Counted from the stretch's first letter, positions 19,262 through 28,981 are shown. The stretch is DNA of 58,407 nt from a bacterium (GCA_027459825.1 DAIDGT010000005.1:1-58407); one strand, 5' to 3'. Made by a program: numbers and translations. The notes: generated by a model from the letters alone, not told the origin.

Positions 19262-19528
19262 ATGTCTGAAATCTTAGCAAGTCCAAAAGAGACAAGTTTT
19301 CCTTCTGAAGGTATTAGTAATGTTCCTCATACTCATAATATATATCAAAAAAGGGTTGATTCTGTATCTCCTAATGGTACTATCCCAAATCACCATGATG
19401 CTATACCTGTAGGAAGTAATCCTCCTTTAGGTGATCTTTCTCTTGGTGATGGGTATAAATTGTCAGGAATAGAAGATGTTTATTCTACTTTATATTGGCG
19501 TAATTTAAAAGAAAGATTGTCTGCATAG
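19262..19528 (+). CDS. Hypothetical protein
   Basis: 88-aa ORF filling the gap, TATAAT upstream, T-ending codon bias like its neighbours; no recognisable motif. Confidence 0.5.
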   Translation: MSEILASPKETSFPSEGISNVPHTHNIYQKRVDSVSPNGTIPNHHDAIPVGSNPPLGDLSLGDGYKLSGIEDVYSTLYWRNLKERLSA

Positions 19529-19564
19529 TAATATTTACTAAAAAATTAGAGTATAATTTATTTC

Positions 19565-21994
19565 ATGTACTTACATCCTGTTAATATTTCAAATATAAAT
19601 TTAAATTTTTCTATTGTAGGAAAAGTGTTTATTGATCTAGGGCTTATTCTTTTGGTACTTGCTTTCATTTTCATAGTAGCAAGTATAGTTTTATTCTTTG
19701 TGTTTAGAGAAATTAAAATTTCCAATTTCATAAAAAATAAAAAACAGTCTGTAACTTTTGAGGTTACAATCCCTATGGACAATGAGATTGAAATTTCAGC
19801 TGCGGATCAAATGTTTTCCAGTTTGTCTGGTATCAAAGGTGGATCATTTATCGAAAAATTAATGGGAAATCTTCAATTTTTTTCCATTGAAATTATGGCA
19901 ACTGCAGAAGTTATTGATTTTTATGTTACATGTAATGAGGACTTTGCAGACCTAGTAGAAAAGCAGATTCATGCAGCATATCCTGTTGCAGAAGTTTTGC
20001 GTACAGAAAAAACTGATATTTTTAAAAATCCTGGATATGTTGAATTTGCTCAGCTTGGATTTTCAAAGAAATCATATTTTCCGATTAAAGTCCATTCTGA
20101 AGAAATGAAAGTCGATACACTATCGAATATCACCAGTGTAGTAAGTAGATTAAACTCTGGTGAATATGCTGCTTTTCAGATCATTTTATCTCCTGCTTCC
20201 GATGTTTGGGTTAAAAAAGCTAATAATTTTACTAAACCATCTTCCCCGAAAAAGGACGAAGCCCCGAAGTCTCTCAGTAGTACAAAGGAATATATTAATA
20301 AGAAGATTGAGGAAAAAACACAAAAAGTTGGTTTTGATGCAACTATAAGACTTGTTGTGGTTAGTGGAGATAAAGCAAGAGCAAAATCTATTTTAGATAA
20401 TATGGTACAAAGTTTTTCTCAATTTAATGACCCATACCTTAATAAATTAAAAAAGGTAAATTTGAAATCTTTTCAGAAAAAAGATTTTGCAACGGGATTT
20501 CTTTTAGATTCTCCCGATTTGTTTGGTTGGATGTTTGGAAAAGCATTAGTATTGAATACCATGGAACTTGCTAGCTTATATCACTTTCCTAATAAAAATG
20601 TTCAAACTCCTCATATAAAATGGTTAATGGCTAAAAAAGCGCCTGTTCCAAGTGGAGTCCCTTTTGAAGGACTTTTTCTTGGTAATGGTATATATCGAGG
20701 AAATGTTAGACCTGTGTATATTGCTGATGATGATAGGAGAAGGCATATGTATATAGTAGGAAGGACAGGTACAGGTAAATCTACATTATTGGAATCCTTG
20801 GTTTTACAAGATATTAAGGAGGGGAAAGGTGTTGCTTTTCTTGATCCTCATGGACAATCAGCAAAAAATATACTAGAAAGGATTCCTGCTTCTAGAGCTG
20901 AAGATGTTATTTATTTTAATGCAGCTGATTTTGAAAGGCCATTGGGGCTTAATATAATGGAGTATTATTCAGAACAGGATAAACACTTAATTGTTAACTC
21001 TTTTTATCATATGCTTGAAAAAATGTTTGATCCTAATAGGCAAGGAATTACTGGTCCTAGGCTTGAGAGAGCAGTAAGAAATTGTATGTTAACTGCAATG
21101 TCTAGACCAGGTAATACTCTTATTGAGGTTTTAAGGTTAGTACTTTTGGATAAGAATTTTATTGATGAGATGTTGCCACACATTAAAGATGATATGGTAA
21201 GAAAGTATTGGACAGAAGAGATAGCTCAAACTACTGATTACCACAAATCTGAAACATTGGGATACTTTGCTTCCAAATTTGATAGATTTGTAATTAATCA
21301 ATTAATGAGAAATATTCTGGGTCAGAGTAAATCTTCATTTAGTATGAGAGATGTGATGGATAACCAGAAAATTTTAATAGTAGATCTTGATAAGGGACAA
21401 ATTGGAGAAGAAAATTCTCAATTTCTAGGATTACTATTAGTGCCAAAAATATTATCAGCTGCAATGTCTCGGTCCGATATCCCAGAATCCGAGCGTAAAG
21501 ATTTTTATCTTTATGTAGATGAATTTCAGAATTTTGCAACTGAAGATTTTGCACAAATTTTATCTGAAGCACGAAAGTATAAATTGAATTTAACAGTTGC
21601 TAATCAGTATATTGCTCAGATGACTGAAGAAGTGAAAAATGCTGTTTTTGGAAATGTTGGAACTTTGATAAGTTTTAAAGTTGGTGTATCAGATGCAGAA
21701 TTTTTAGAGAAGGAATTCGAACCTGTATTTAATCAAAAGGACTTGATTAACCTAGAAAATAGGAATACTTATGTTAAAACTATATCAAAAGGAGAAGTTC
21801 AACAACCATTTTCAATGCAAACAGTAATGACCGATATGCCATCAGATACTGAGGTATGTAATGCAATTATTAGACTTTCTAGGTTGAAATATGGAAAAGA
21901 TGTGAATGATGTTGAATCTGAAATAAAGTCCAGGGGAGAGATAAAGAATACAGCAAGGCCTGCTCAGTATGGAGATACTCTAGTTCAGAAGTAA
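19565..21994 (+). CDS. Membrane-anchored VirD4/TraG/HerA-like P-loop ATPase
   Basis: N-terminal TM; DRRRHMYIVGRTGTGKS, LDPHG, LYVDEFQNF, LSEARKY, ANQYIAQ, AVFGNVGT. Confidence 0.85.
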   Translation: MYLHPVNISNINLNFSIVGKVFIDLGLILLVLAFIFIVASIVLFFVFREIKISNFIKNKKQSVTFEVTIPMDNEIEISAADQMFSSLSGIKGGSFIEKLMGNLQFFSIEIMATAEVIDFYVTCNEDFADLVEKQIHAAYPVAEVLRTEKTDIFKNPGYVEFAQLGFSKKSYFPIKVHSEEMKVDTLSNITSVVSRLNSGEYAAFQIILSPASDVWVKKANNFTKPSSPKKDEAPKSLSSTKEYINKKIEEKTQKVGFDATIRLVVVSGDKARAKSILDNMVQSFSQFNDPYLNKLKKVNLKSFQKKDFATGFLLDSPDLFGWMFGKALVLNTMELASLYHFPNKNVQTPHIKWLMAKKAPVPSGVPFEGLFLGNGIYRGNVRPVYIADDDRRRHMYIVGRTGTGKSTLLESLVLQDIKEGKGVAFLDPHGQSAKNILERIPASRAEDVIYFNAADFERPLGLNIMEYYSEQDKHLIVNSFYHMLEKMFDPNRQGITGPRLERAVRNCMLTAMSRPGNTLIEVLRLVLLDKNFIDEMLPHIKDDMVRKYWTEEIAQTTDYHKSETLGYFASKFDRFVINQLMRNILGQSKSSFSMRDVMDNQKILIVDLDKGQIGEENSQFLGLLLVPKILSAAMSRSDIPESERKDFYLYVDEFQNFATEDFAQILSEARKYKLNLTVANQYIAQMTEEVKNAVFGNVGTLISFKVGVSDAEFLEKEFEPVFNQKDLINLENRNTYVKTISKGEVQQPFSMQTVMTDMPSDTEVCNAIIRLSRLKYGKDVNDVESEIKSRGEIKNTARPAQYGDTLVQK

Positions 21995-22056
21995 GTGTTG
22001 ATTTGATTTATATTGGTGTGATAACATCAGGCATCTGTTGTATAATTAGTTATTAA

Positions 22057-22130
22057 GGGCACATAGCTCAGCTGGTTAGAGCATCGTTCTTATAAAGCGG
22101 AGGTCGATGGTTCGAGTCCATCTGTGCCCA
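22057..22130 (+). tRNA. tRNA-Ile(UAU)
   Basis: Full cloverleaf GGGCACA/TGTGCCC, anticodon loop CT-TAT-AA (22091-22093), TTCGAGT T-loop, A73. Confidence 0.92.
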
Positions 22131-22136
22131 ATGAAA

Positions 22137-22697
22137 TTACTGTATTTGCTTTTTCCATGGTGTCCCGAGAATAGGTAATAGTATTCTGTCTAATCCTATC
22201 CATCCTGCAGTTCTCCATGCTAGTATTATGAATAATTCAATCAAAAACATTATTGGGTTGATGCTTACTGCCCCTGCAAACAGATAATTCATATTCATAA
22301 AACTTCCAAAAAATGCTGCAATTCCTGTGAATAATCCTAATATTAATGTTATTCCTACAAATAGTTCTCCATATGTCACAAGGTAAGAAAATGTTATTAC
22401 ATGAGGTAATACTATATGCATGAGAAACCATGCATACCATTGAGATACATTAGGGTGTATTCCTCCAGAATTTTTTATTGCACCTTGTATAAATCCTTTT
22501 AGTGCAACTCCTGCTTCTTTTCCTATCCATGTAGATTGATTTAACTTATCTAAAGCTGCTACCATCCATTGGTATCCAATATATAATCTAAGTATTAACC
22601 ATACTATTGAAAATCGTGTATCTGAAAATAAGAATATGGATATAGGGGATTCTTGTACTTGGATGCGGGACTTATTTGTGATTTTTGTGTTATCCAT
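22137..22697 (-). CDS. DoxX/DoxD-like membrane protein
   Basis: LRLYIGYQW...K, WYAWFL, LVTYGELFVG...LGLFT..AAFFG, GLD motifs. Confidence 0.8.
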   Translation of the reverse strand: MDNTKITNKSRIQVQESPISIFLFSDTRFSIVWLILRLYIGYQWMVAALDKLNQSTWIGKEAGVALKGFIQGAIKNSGGIHPNVSQWYAWFLMHIVLPHVITFSYLVTYGELFVGITLILGLFTGIAAFFGSFMNMNYLFAGAVSINPIMFLIELFIILAWRTAGWIGLDRILLPILGTPWKKQIQ

Positions 22698-22782
22698 ATA
22701 CTTTAATGTGTATATGGTATCACTACTATAATATTTTTCAATATTTATCTTTCACATTAAAATACTTAATTTTTATTTGGAA

Positions 22783-23646
22783 TTATAGTTCTGCAAGAGG
22801 CATTAACTTTTCTGCACCCATTTTGATCTTTCCTATATATTTTTCAGTTGTAGATATTCTTTTGTGTCCTATTATTTTAGATAGCTGGAATATATTTGTC
22901 CCTTTGGATAAGTGGTGAGCTATAAATGTATTTCTTAAATCATTTACCTTGGCCTTTTCTATTCCTGATTTTCTAAACATATTGTCTATTGTTGATCTAA
23001 CATTTCTAACAAGTAGGGGATTCCCATTTTTTGTAATAAATAATTCTTCTGTTTTTGCATTCTTTGGTCTAATTTCTAAATATTGTTGTAATACCTTAAC
23101 TGCAGATTGATTTAGAGGTATTACCCTTTCTGGGTTTGATGCATATGCAGTTATTTTTAATGTTGGGTTTTTAGGATCTAGATGAATGTCTTCTACTATT
23201 ATCCTACATAGTTCTCCTATTCTTATTCCTGTTTGAAGTAAGAGTTCAATAATGATAAATGTTCTTGTATCAGATCTTGCTGTATCTCTTAACGCCCTAT
23301 ATTCTATTTCTGATAGTATTCTTGGAGTATTAGACTCTATTTTAGGGTGTGATATGGAACTTGCAGGATTCTCTTTTATGATATTTGAATTTTCTAAGTA
23401 TTTAAAAAAAGTTCTTGTGCTATTAAGTTTTCTTGATACTGTCTTTATTGATAGCGAATTATTTTGGCTCGTACTTTTAAAGTAGTCCCTTAATTTTTCT
23501 TCAGTTACATCACTAAAGTCTTTAACCCCATTTTGAGAAAAATATTCCAATAATTGCTCTATATCTTTTTTATAGGCTATTATTGTGTGTATTGATTTTC
23601 CAGAAGATTTTAATTCTTCTGTAAATTTATTAATAACATTTTGCAT
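22783..23646 (-). CDS. XerC/XerD-like tyrosine recombinase family protein
   Basis: SAM-like N domain (HTIIAYKKDI, TVSRKLNSTRTFFKYL), TGIRIGEL, DLRNTF, GHKRISTTEKY. Start is uncertain (ATG 23646 chosen). Confidence 0.85.
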   Translation of the reverse strand: MQNVINKFTEELKSSGKSIHTIIAYKKDIEQLLEYFSQNGVKDFSDVTEEKLRDYFKSTSQNNSLSIKTVSRKLNSTRTFFKYLENSNIIKENPASSISHPKIESNTPRILSEIEYRALRDTARSDTRTFIIIELLLQTGIRIGELCRIIVEDIHLDPKNPTLKITAYASNPERVIPLNQSAVKVLQQYLEIRPKNAKTEELFITKNGNPLLVRNVRSTIDNMFRKSGIEKAKVNDLRNTFIAHHLSKGTNIFQLSKIIGHKRISTTEKYIGKIKMGAEKLMPLAEL

Positions 23647-23739
23647 AAATGATTGTCTTATAATGTATTTATATATTGAAATATTATCATTTGTGGTTGT
23701 ATTTGTCAATACAAATATTGTAGTATATTAATTAAATTA

Positions 23740-24141
23740 ATGGCTATAAATAAAGAAAAAAATAACTTAGGGTACTATCTTATAACAATAATAACATTGT
23801 TCTTTTTGGCTATTTTATTATTTAATTTATTTTCCACATATAATCATTATGTTGCAGTGAAAGGAGAAATTTCTAAAATTTCTGACTTAGTTTCCCAAGT
23901 GAAATCTAATAATAGTAAATTAAAGAGTGAATATCAATACTATAATAGTAATTATTATAAAGAAAATGTTTCTAGTTCTGATTTAAACTTAGTAAAAGGT
24001 AAGAACTCTACTGAAATTGTTCTTCCTGCAAATTCAGTAAATTCATTTGTTAATGTTAATAATTCCAATAAACATTCTAATACTGTGTCTGTTGTACATA
24101 ATAGCCCATCTTTTGTAAGTTGGTTAAAATTACTGTTTTAA
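23740..24141 (+). CDS. FtsB/DivIC-like septum formation initiator protein
   Basis: Single TM, short coiled coil, YYNSNYYKE...LNLVKG pattern. Confidence 0.6.
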   Translation: MAINKEKNNLGYYLITIITLFFLAILLFNLFSTYNHYVAVKGEISKISDLVSQVKSNNSKLKSEYQYYNSNYYKENVSSSDLNLVKGKNSTEIVLPANSVNSFVNVNNSNKHSNTVSVVHNSPSFVSWLKLLF

Positions 24142-24236
24142 AAAAGTTTTAACTTTATTGTAGTATTCTTTATTTTAATAAGCTATTTGAATTGACTATA
24201 AAGCGTATTTATTGTATTATTTATCATTACTGGCTT

Positions 24237-24308
24237 CGTGGGGTAGAGCAGTGGTAGCTTGTCAGGCCCATAACCTGAAGGTCGTTGGTTCGAATCCAAC
24301 CCCCACAA
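24237..24308 (+). tRNA. Initiator tRNA-fMet(CAU)
   Basis: Cloverleaf with C1:A72 mismatch and A11:U24 pair, anticodon CAT at 24269-24271. Promoter TTGACT-17-TATTAT at 24192-24220. Confidence 0.9.
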
Positions 24309-24347
24309 TTTTGAATTATTTGTTCTTTGAATTCTCTTTTATTTTAG

Positions 24348-24420
24348 GGCGATGTAGCTCAGTAGGTAGAGCAAAGGACTCATAAGCCTTAGGTCACAGG
24401 TTCGATTCCTGTCGTCGCTA
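24348..24420 (+). tRNA. tRNA-Met(CAU), probably elongator
   Basis: GGCGATG/CGTCGCT acceptor stem, loop CT-CAT-AA, TTCGATT T-loop. Confidence 0.9.
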
Positions 24421-24441
24421 TTACATTTAATTTTTAAAAAT

Positions 24442-26286
24442 ATGTACAACAACAAAAAAAATCATTCTAAAAATGCTCATCGTGGAGGACTAAATGGGTT
24501 TTGGGTATTTATTGCACTATTAATATTGTTTTCTCTCTTGTATCTTTTTATGCCTAGTTTTAATAATGGTACAAGTGTTCCATTAAGTACATTAATACAT
24601 GATATAAAAAACAATGAAGTTAAAAGTGTAGTAATTTATCCTAATTATGCTACTGCCGTTTTGAATAAAGGTTCCAAAATATACGCAAACTTAGGTACAC
24701 CTACCAATCCTGTTGAAGAATTTACTTCTAGTGGAATTAACTTAGCAAATTATCCTAATATTTCAATTGCTCCAAAGTCAATATTTAATTTTAGTGACCT
24801 ACTTACCCTCTTATTTATAATTGTTATAATAGTATCTACTTGGTATATGGTAAGGCAGTTTAGATCTGCTGGGTCTGGTGGTATATTTTCGATGGGAGAG
24901 TCCAGGGCGAGGTTATTTATAGGAAAGAAACAGTCAGTTACTTTTGGTGGAGTTGCTGGTGCTAAAGAAGCAAAGGAAGAAGTTTTTGAAATTGTAGATT
25001 TTTTAAAAAATCCCAAAAAATATACAAGCTTGGGTGCACGTATACCTAAGGGTGTACTTTTTGTAGGATTACCTGGTACAGGAAAAACATTGCTCGCAAA
25101 AGCTATTGCTGGTGAAAGTGGTGTTCCATTCTTTTCCACTTCAGGATCTGAATTTGAAGAAATGCTTGTTGGTGCAGGTGCTTCAAGAGTTAGGGATTTA
25201 TTTATGAAGGCAAGAAAGACTGCCCCTTCTATTATATTTATAGATGAAATTGATGCAGTTGCAAGAAAAAGAGGAGTGTCATTTACTTCAACTCATACAG
25301 AACAGACTTTAAATCAAATATTAGTTGAGATGGATGGATTTGATAGTACAACAAATGTAATTGTTATTGCTGCTACAAATAGGCCAGATGTACTCGATCC
25401 TGCTATACTACGTCCTGGTAGATTTGATAGGACAATAACTTTAGATCTACCTGATTTAGAGGAAAGAAAAGAGATTTTATTATTACATGCTAAAAATAAA
25501 AAAATGGCTAGTGATATAAGTTTTGATAAAATTGCTAAAAGAACAATTGGTTTTTCAGGTGCTGATCTAGAAAATATGCTAAATGAGGCTGCTATAATAG
25601 CAGCAAAAACGAATAAATCCCATGTTTCCGAATCAGATATTGAAGAGGCAGCAACTAAGGTTGTGATGGGACCTGAAAAGAAAAGAGTAAGATCTGATCA
25701 TGAAAAACAAATTGTTGCTTACCATGAATCTGGGCATGCCTTAGTTTCAAAATTTTTACCTGAGTCTGATCCTGTACATCGTATATCTATAGTTCCTAGA
25801 GGTATGTCCGGTGGAGCTACAATGTACCTTCCTTCTCAGGAGAATAAATTGTATACAAAGACTAAATTTATTACACTAATAACTCATATGTTAGGAGGGA
25901 GAGCTGCAGAAAAAATACAATTTGATGATATTACCAATGGCGCCTCTGATGATATTAAAAAAGCTTCAGAGATGACACGTAATATGGTTACACAGTTTGG
26001 TATGAGTGATGAATTGGGACCAGTTCAATATGGAAATGATGAAGAGTCCTCTTCATATGGAATTGTTGACAAAAATTATAGCGATAAAACTGCTTATAAA
26101 ATTGATGTTGAAGTAGCTAAAGTTATTAATAATTGTTATAAAAAGGCTATTGAAATTTTACAACAACATAAAAACATATTAGATACTCTTGCAAAGACAT
26201 TGATTGAAAAAGAAGTTTTAGAAGGCGAGGAATTTGAAGTTTTAGTCAATGGTCTTATAAATGAATCAGGAAAAACGACTGGATAA
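24442..26286 (+). CDS. ftsH: ATP-dependent zinc metalloprotease FtsH
   Basis: Two TMs, GLPGTGKT, IFIDEID, NQILVEMDGF, RPGRFDR, HESGH. Confidence 0.97.
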   Translation: MYNNKKNHSKNAHRGGLNGFWVFIALLILFSLLYLFMPSFNNGTSVPLSTLIHDIKNNEVKSVVIYPNYATAVLNKGSKIYANLGTPTNPVEEFTSSGINLANYPNISIAPKSIFNFSDLLTLLFIIVIIVSTWYMVRQFRSAGSGGIFSMGESRARLFIGKKQSVTFGGVAGAKEAKEEVFEIVDFLKNPKKYTSLGARIPKGVLFVGLPGTGKTLLAKAIAGESGVPFFSTSGSEFEEMLVGAGASRVRDLFMKARKTAPSIIFIDEIDAVARKRGVSFTSTHTEQTLNQILVEMDGFDSTTNVIVIAATNRPDVLDPAILRPGRFDRTITLDLPDLEERKEILLLHAKNKKMASDISFDKIAKRTIGFSGADLENMLNEAAIIAAKTNKSHVSESDIEEAATKVVMGPEKKRVRSDHEKQIVAYHESGHALVSKFLPESDPVHRISIVPRGMSGGATMYLPSQENKLYTKTKFITLITHMLGGRAAEKIQFDDITNGASDDIKKASEMTRNMVTQFGMSDELGPVQYGNDEESSSYGIVDKNYSDKTAYKIDVEVAKVINNCYKKAIEILQQHKNILDTLAKTLIEKEVLEGEEFEVLVNGLINESGKTTG

Positions 26287-28981
26287 AAATAGAAAAAAAT
26301 TATTTTTAATCGATTCTCATTCTATTATATTTAGGTCATATCATGCAATTTCTCCTTTAACCTCAAATGGTCGTTTAGTAAATGCAGCTTATGGATTTTT
26401 TACGATATTATGTAACATCCTGAATAAATTTTCTCCTGATTATATAGCTTGTGCTTTTGATGTTTCAGACAAAGAACTTTTTAGAAAGAAGGAATATTCC
26501 TTATACAAAGCTAATAGACAAATTCCCCCAGAAGATTTAAAACTACAATTTGGGTATGTCAAGGATATATTAAAAGCTTTTGATATCCATGTATTTGAAT
26601 TTCCTGGATTTGAAGCAGATGATGTCATTGCCTCTCTTGTAAGTAAATTTAAAAATGAAGATATTAATATTTTTGTGGTAACAGGGGATAGAGATCTTCT
26701 TCAGTTAGTAGATAATAATGTTTCTGTTATACTCCCAGGGAAATCATTTTCTTCTTCAATAGAGATAAATATTAATAATATTAAAGATTTTTTAGGATTT
26801 CCTCATTATTACTTGATTGACTATAAAGGCTTGCGGGGAGATCCTTCAGATAATATTCCTGGTATTAGTGGTATAGGTGATAAATCTGCAAAGGATTTGA
26901 TTTTACAATTTGGAGGACTTGAAAATATATATAATAATATTGATAAAATTAAACCTGCATTAAAAAATAAGCTTGTTAACGGGAAGGATTTTGCATTCAC
27001 TTCAAAAAAATTATCAACACTATTTTGTGATATAGAATTTCCTTCATTTTTATTATCTGATCTTTATATTAATTTTGATAAAGATAAGGTTGTTGCAAAA
27101 TTATCTGAATATCAATTCAAGAGTTTAGTCAATAAATTTTTTCCAGAATTATCTGGTGATATTTTTAATCAGAATATTGTGACAGAACATAATTTTGATA
27201 AAAATTTAATTGATACAGTAGATAAATTATCTAATTTGGTTGAACGCATAAAGCATTTGAATGAATTTGCTTTTGACACAGAAACGGATAGTTTAGATAT
27301 AATGAGATCAAAATGTGTAGGTATATCTATTGCAATTAACAAAAAAGAAACATTTTATATATTACTGACAGATGCTCAGATATTGAAATCTAATTCCTTT
27401 CAAGAATTAAAAAATATTTTTTATGATGCAAATATTAAAAAGATTGGGCATAATTTGAAATTTGACCTACATTCATTAATAAATATTGGTGTGAATGTTA
27501 ATGGTTTGTATTTTGATACTCAATTAGCTTCTAGGTTGCTGAATTTTTCTAGTACGAGTTTAAAAACTTTAGTTTCTGAAATTTTTAATTTTAGAATGAT
27601 GTCTTATGAGGAACTAACAAGTAATTTTAAGAAAACAATATATGAATTAGATAAAAATTTTTTGTCAGATTACTCTTGTAGTGATGCTCACTTTACTTAT
27701 TTATTGTATAAATATTTTGATCGTAAATTTGATCAGGACTTATCTCAGAAAAAAGTTTTTTATTATATAGATATGCCATTAATCCAGATTTTGTTTGAGA
27801 TGGAAATGAAGGGAATTATGATTAATTTTAATATGCTTAATGGTTTGTATAATGATTTTTCAGAAAAAATAAATCAAATAAGTAAAAAAATATTTAATCT
27901 TGCTGGGGAGGAATTTAATATATTATCTCCTAAGCAGTTAGGTGAGATGTTGTTTATAAAATTAAAAATACCTGCTCCTGTTAAGAAAAACAAAAATGGT
28001 ACTTTTTCAACTAATGAGTATGTATTAAGAAATTTAGAAATAGATTATCCTATTATTGATTTAATACTTCAGTTTAAGGAGTTAAGTAAGCTTAGATCTA
28101 CATATACTAAGAGCCTTGCAGAATTAGTTTTTGATGATAATCGTTTACATACTACTTATAATATTACTGGTACTGCAACTGGAAGACTTTCGTCTGTTAA
28201 TCCAAATTTACAGAATATTCCTGTGAAGTCTGATTATGGAAAATATATTAGAAGTGCTTTTATTGCTGATGTTGGTAAAGTATTATTTTCTTTCGATTAC
28301 TCCCAAATTGAATTAAGGATAATGGCTCATTTTTCCAAAGATGTTAATTTAAAAAAAGCATTTGATGATCATATTGATGTACATTCTTATACTGCCGCTT
28401 TAATTTTTAATAAGAAGTATGAAGATGTGTCACCTCAAGATAGACGTGTTGCTAAAGTAATCAATTTTGGGATAATATATGGGATCTCCTCCTTTGGATT
28501 ATCTCAACAACTTAGTATTTCTAGATCTGAAGCCTCAAAATTTATAGAGAATTATTTTAACTATTTTCCTGGTATAAAGTCTTATTATAAGGATATAGAG
28601 CTTTCAGTTAGTAAGAATTCTTATGTTGAAACATTATTTGGAAGAAGAAGATATTTTGAAAAAAGTGGAGGATATGGTTATGTATCTCGTATGATGAGGG
28701 AAGCTATAAATATGCCTGTACAAGGTACAAATGCTGATATTATAAAAATAGCTATGGAGAGGATTTCTAAATTTTTAACAAATTATCCTAACATATCAAT
28801 GATACTACAAATACACGATGAACTTATTTTTGAAATTGAAAATTTTAAAGATAAGTCACAATATGTTGATATTATTAAAGGTATTAAGGATGCCATGATA
28901 AATAATTTTTCTTTGGATGTACCTCTTGAAGTTGAAGTTAAATATGGTCATGACTGGTCAAACCTTATTTTATTTCCTTGA
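26261..28981 (+). CDS. polA: DNA polymerase I
   Basis: 5' nuclease (EADD, GDPSDNIPG), 3' exonuclease motifs (DTET, HNLKFD, YSCSD), polymerase motifs DYSQIELR, AKVINFGIIYG, QIHDEL. Confidence 0.97.
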   Translation: MNQEKRLDKNRKKLFLIDSHSIIFRSYHAISPLTSNGRLVNAAYGFFTILCNILNKFSPDYIACAFDVSDKELFRKKEYSLYKANRQIPPEDLKLQFGYVKDILKAFDIHVFEFPGFEADDVIASLVSKFKNEDINIFVVTGDRDLLQLVDNNVSVILPGKSFSSSIEININNIKDFLGFPHYYLIDYKGLRGDPSDNIPGISGIGDKSAKDLILQFGGLENIYNNIDKIKPALKNKLVNGKDFAFTSKKLSTLFCDIEFPSFLLSDLYINFDKDKVVAKLSEYQFKSLVNKFFPELSGDIFNQNIVTEHNFDKNLIDTVDKLSNLVERIKHLNEFAFDTETDSLDIMRSKCVGISIAINKKETFYILLTDAQILKSNSFQELKNIFYDANIKKIGHNLKFDLHSLINIGVNVNGLYFDTQLASRLLNFSSTSLKTLVSEIFNFRMMSYEELTSNFKKTIYELDKNFLSDYSCSDAHFTYLLYKYFDRKFDQDLSQKKVFYYIDMPLIQILFEMEMKGIMINFNMLNGLYNDFSEKINQISKKIFNLAGEEFNILSPKQLGEMLFIKLKIPAPVKKNKNGTFSTNEYVLRNLEIDYPIIDLILQFKELSKLRSTYTKSLAELVFDDNRLHTTYNITGTATGRLSSVNPNLQNIPVKSDYGKYIRSAFIADVGKVLFSFDYSQIELRIMAHFSKDVNLKKAFDDHIDVHSYTAALIFNKKYEDVSPQDRRVAKVINFGIIYGISSFGLSQQLSISRSEASKFIENYFNYFPGIKSYYKDIELSVSKNSYVETLFGRRRYFEKSGGYGYVSRMMREAINMPVQGTNADIIKIAMERISKFLTNYPNISMILQIHDELIFEIENFKDKSQYVDIIKGIKDAMINNFSLDVPLEVEVKYGHDWSNLILFP

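Noticed and set aside
19210-19560. tmRNA next to smpB
   Set aside because: No tRNA-Ala-like ends or T-arm were found; a plausible ORF occupies the gap.
22057-23709. Integrative islet (tRNA plus tyrosine recombinase)
   Set aside because: No duplicated tRNA 3' end (att site) was found, there is no cargo beyond doxX, and the recombinase is Xer-like rather than a phage integrase.
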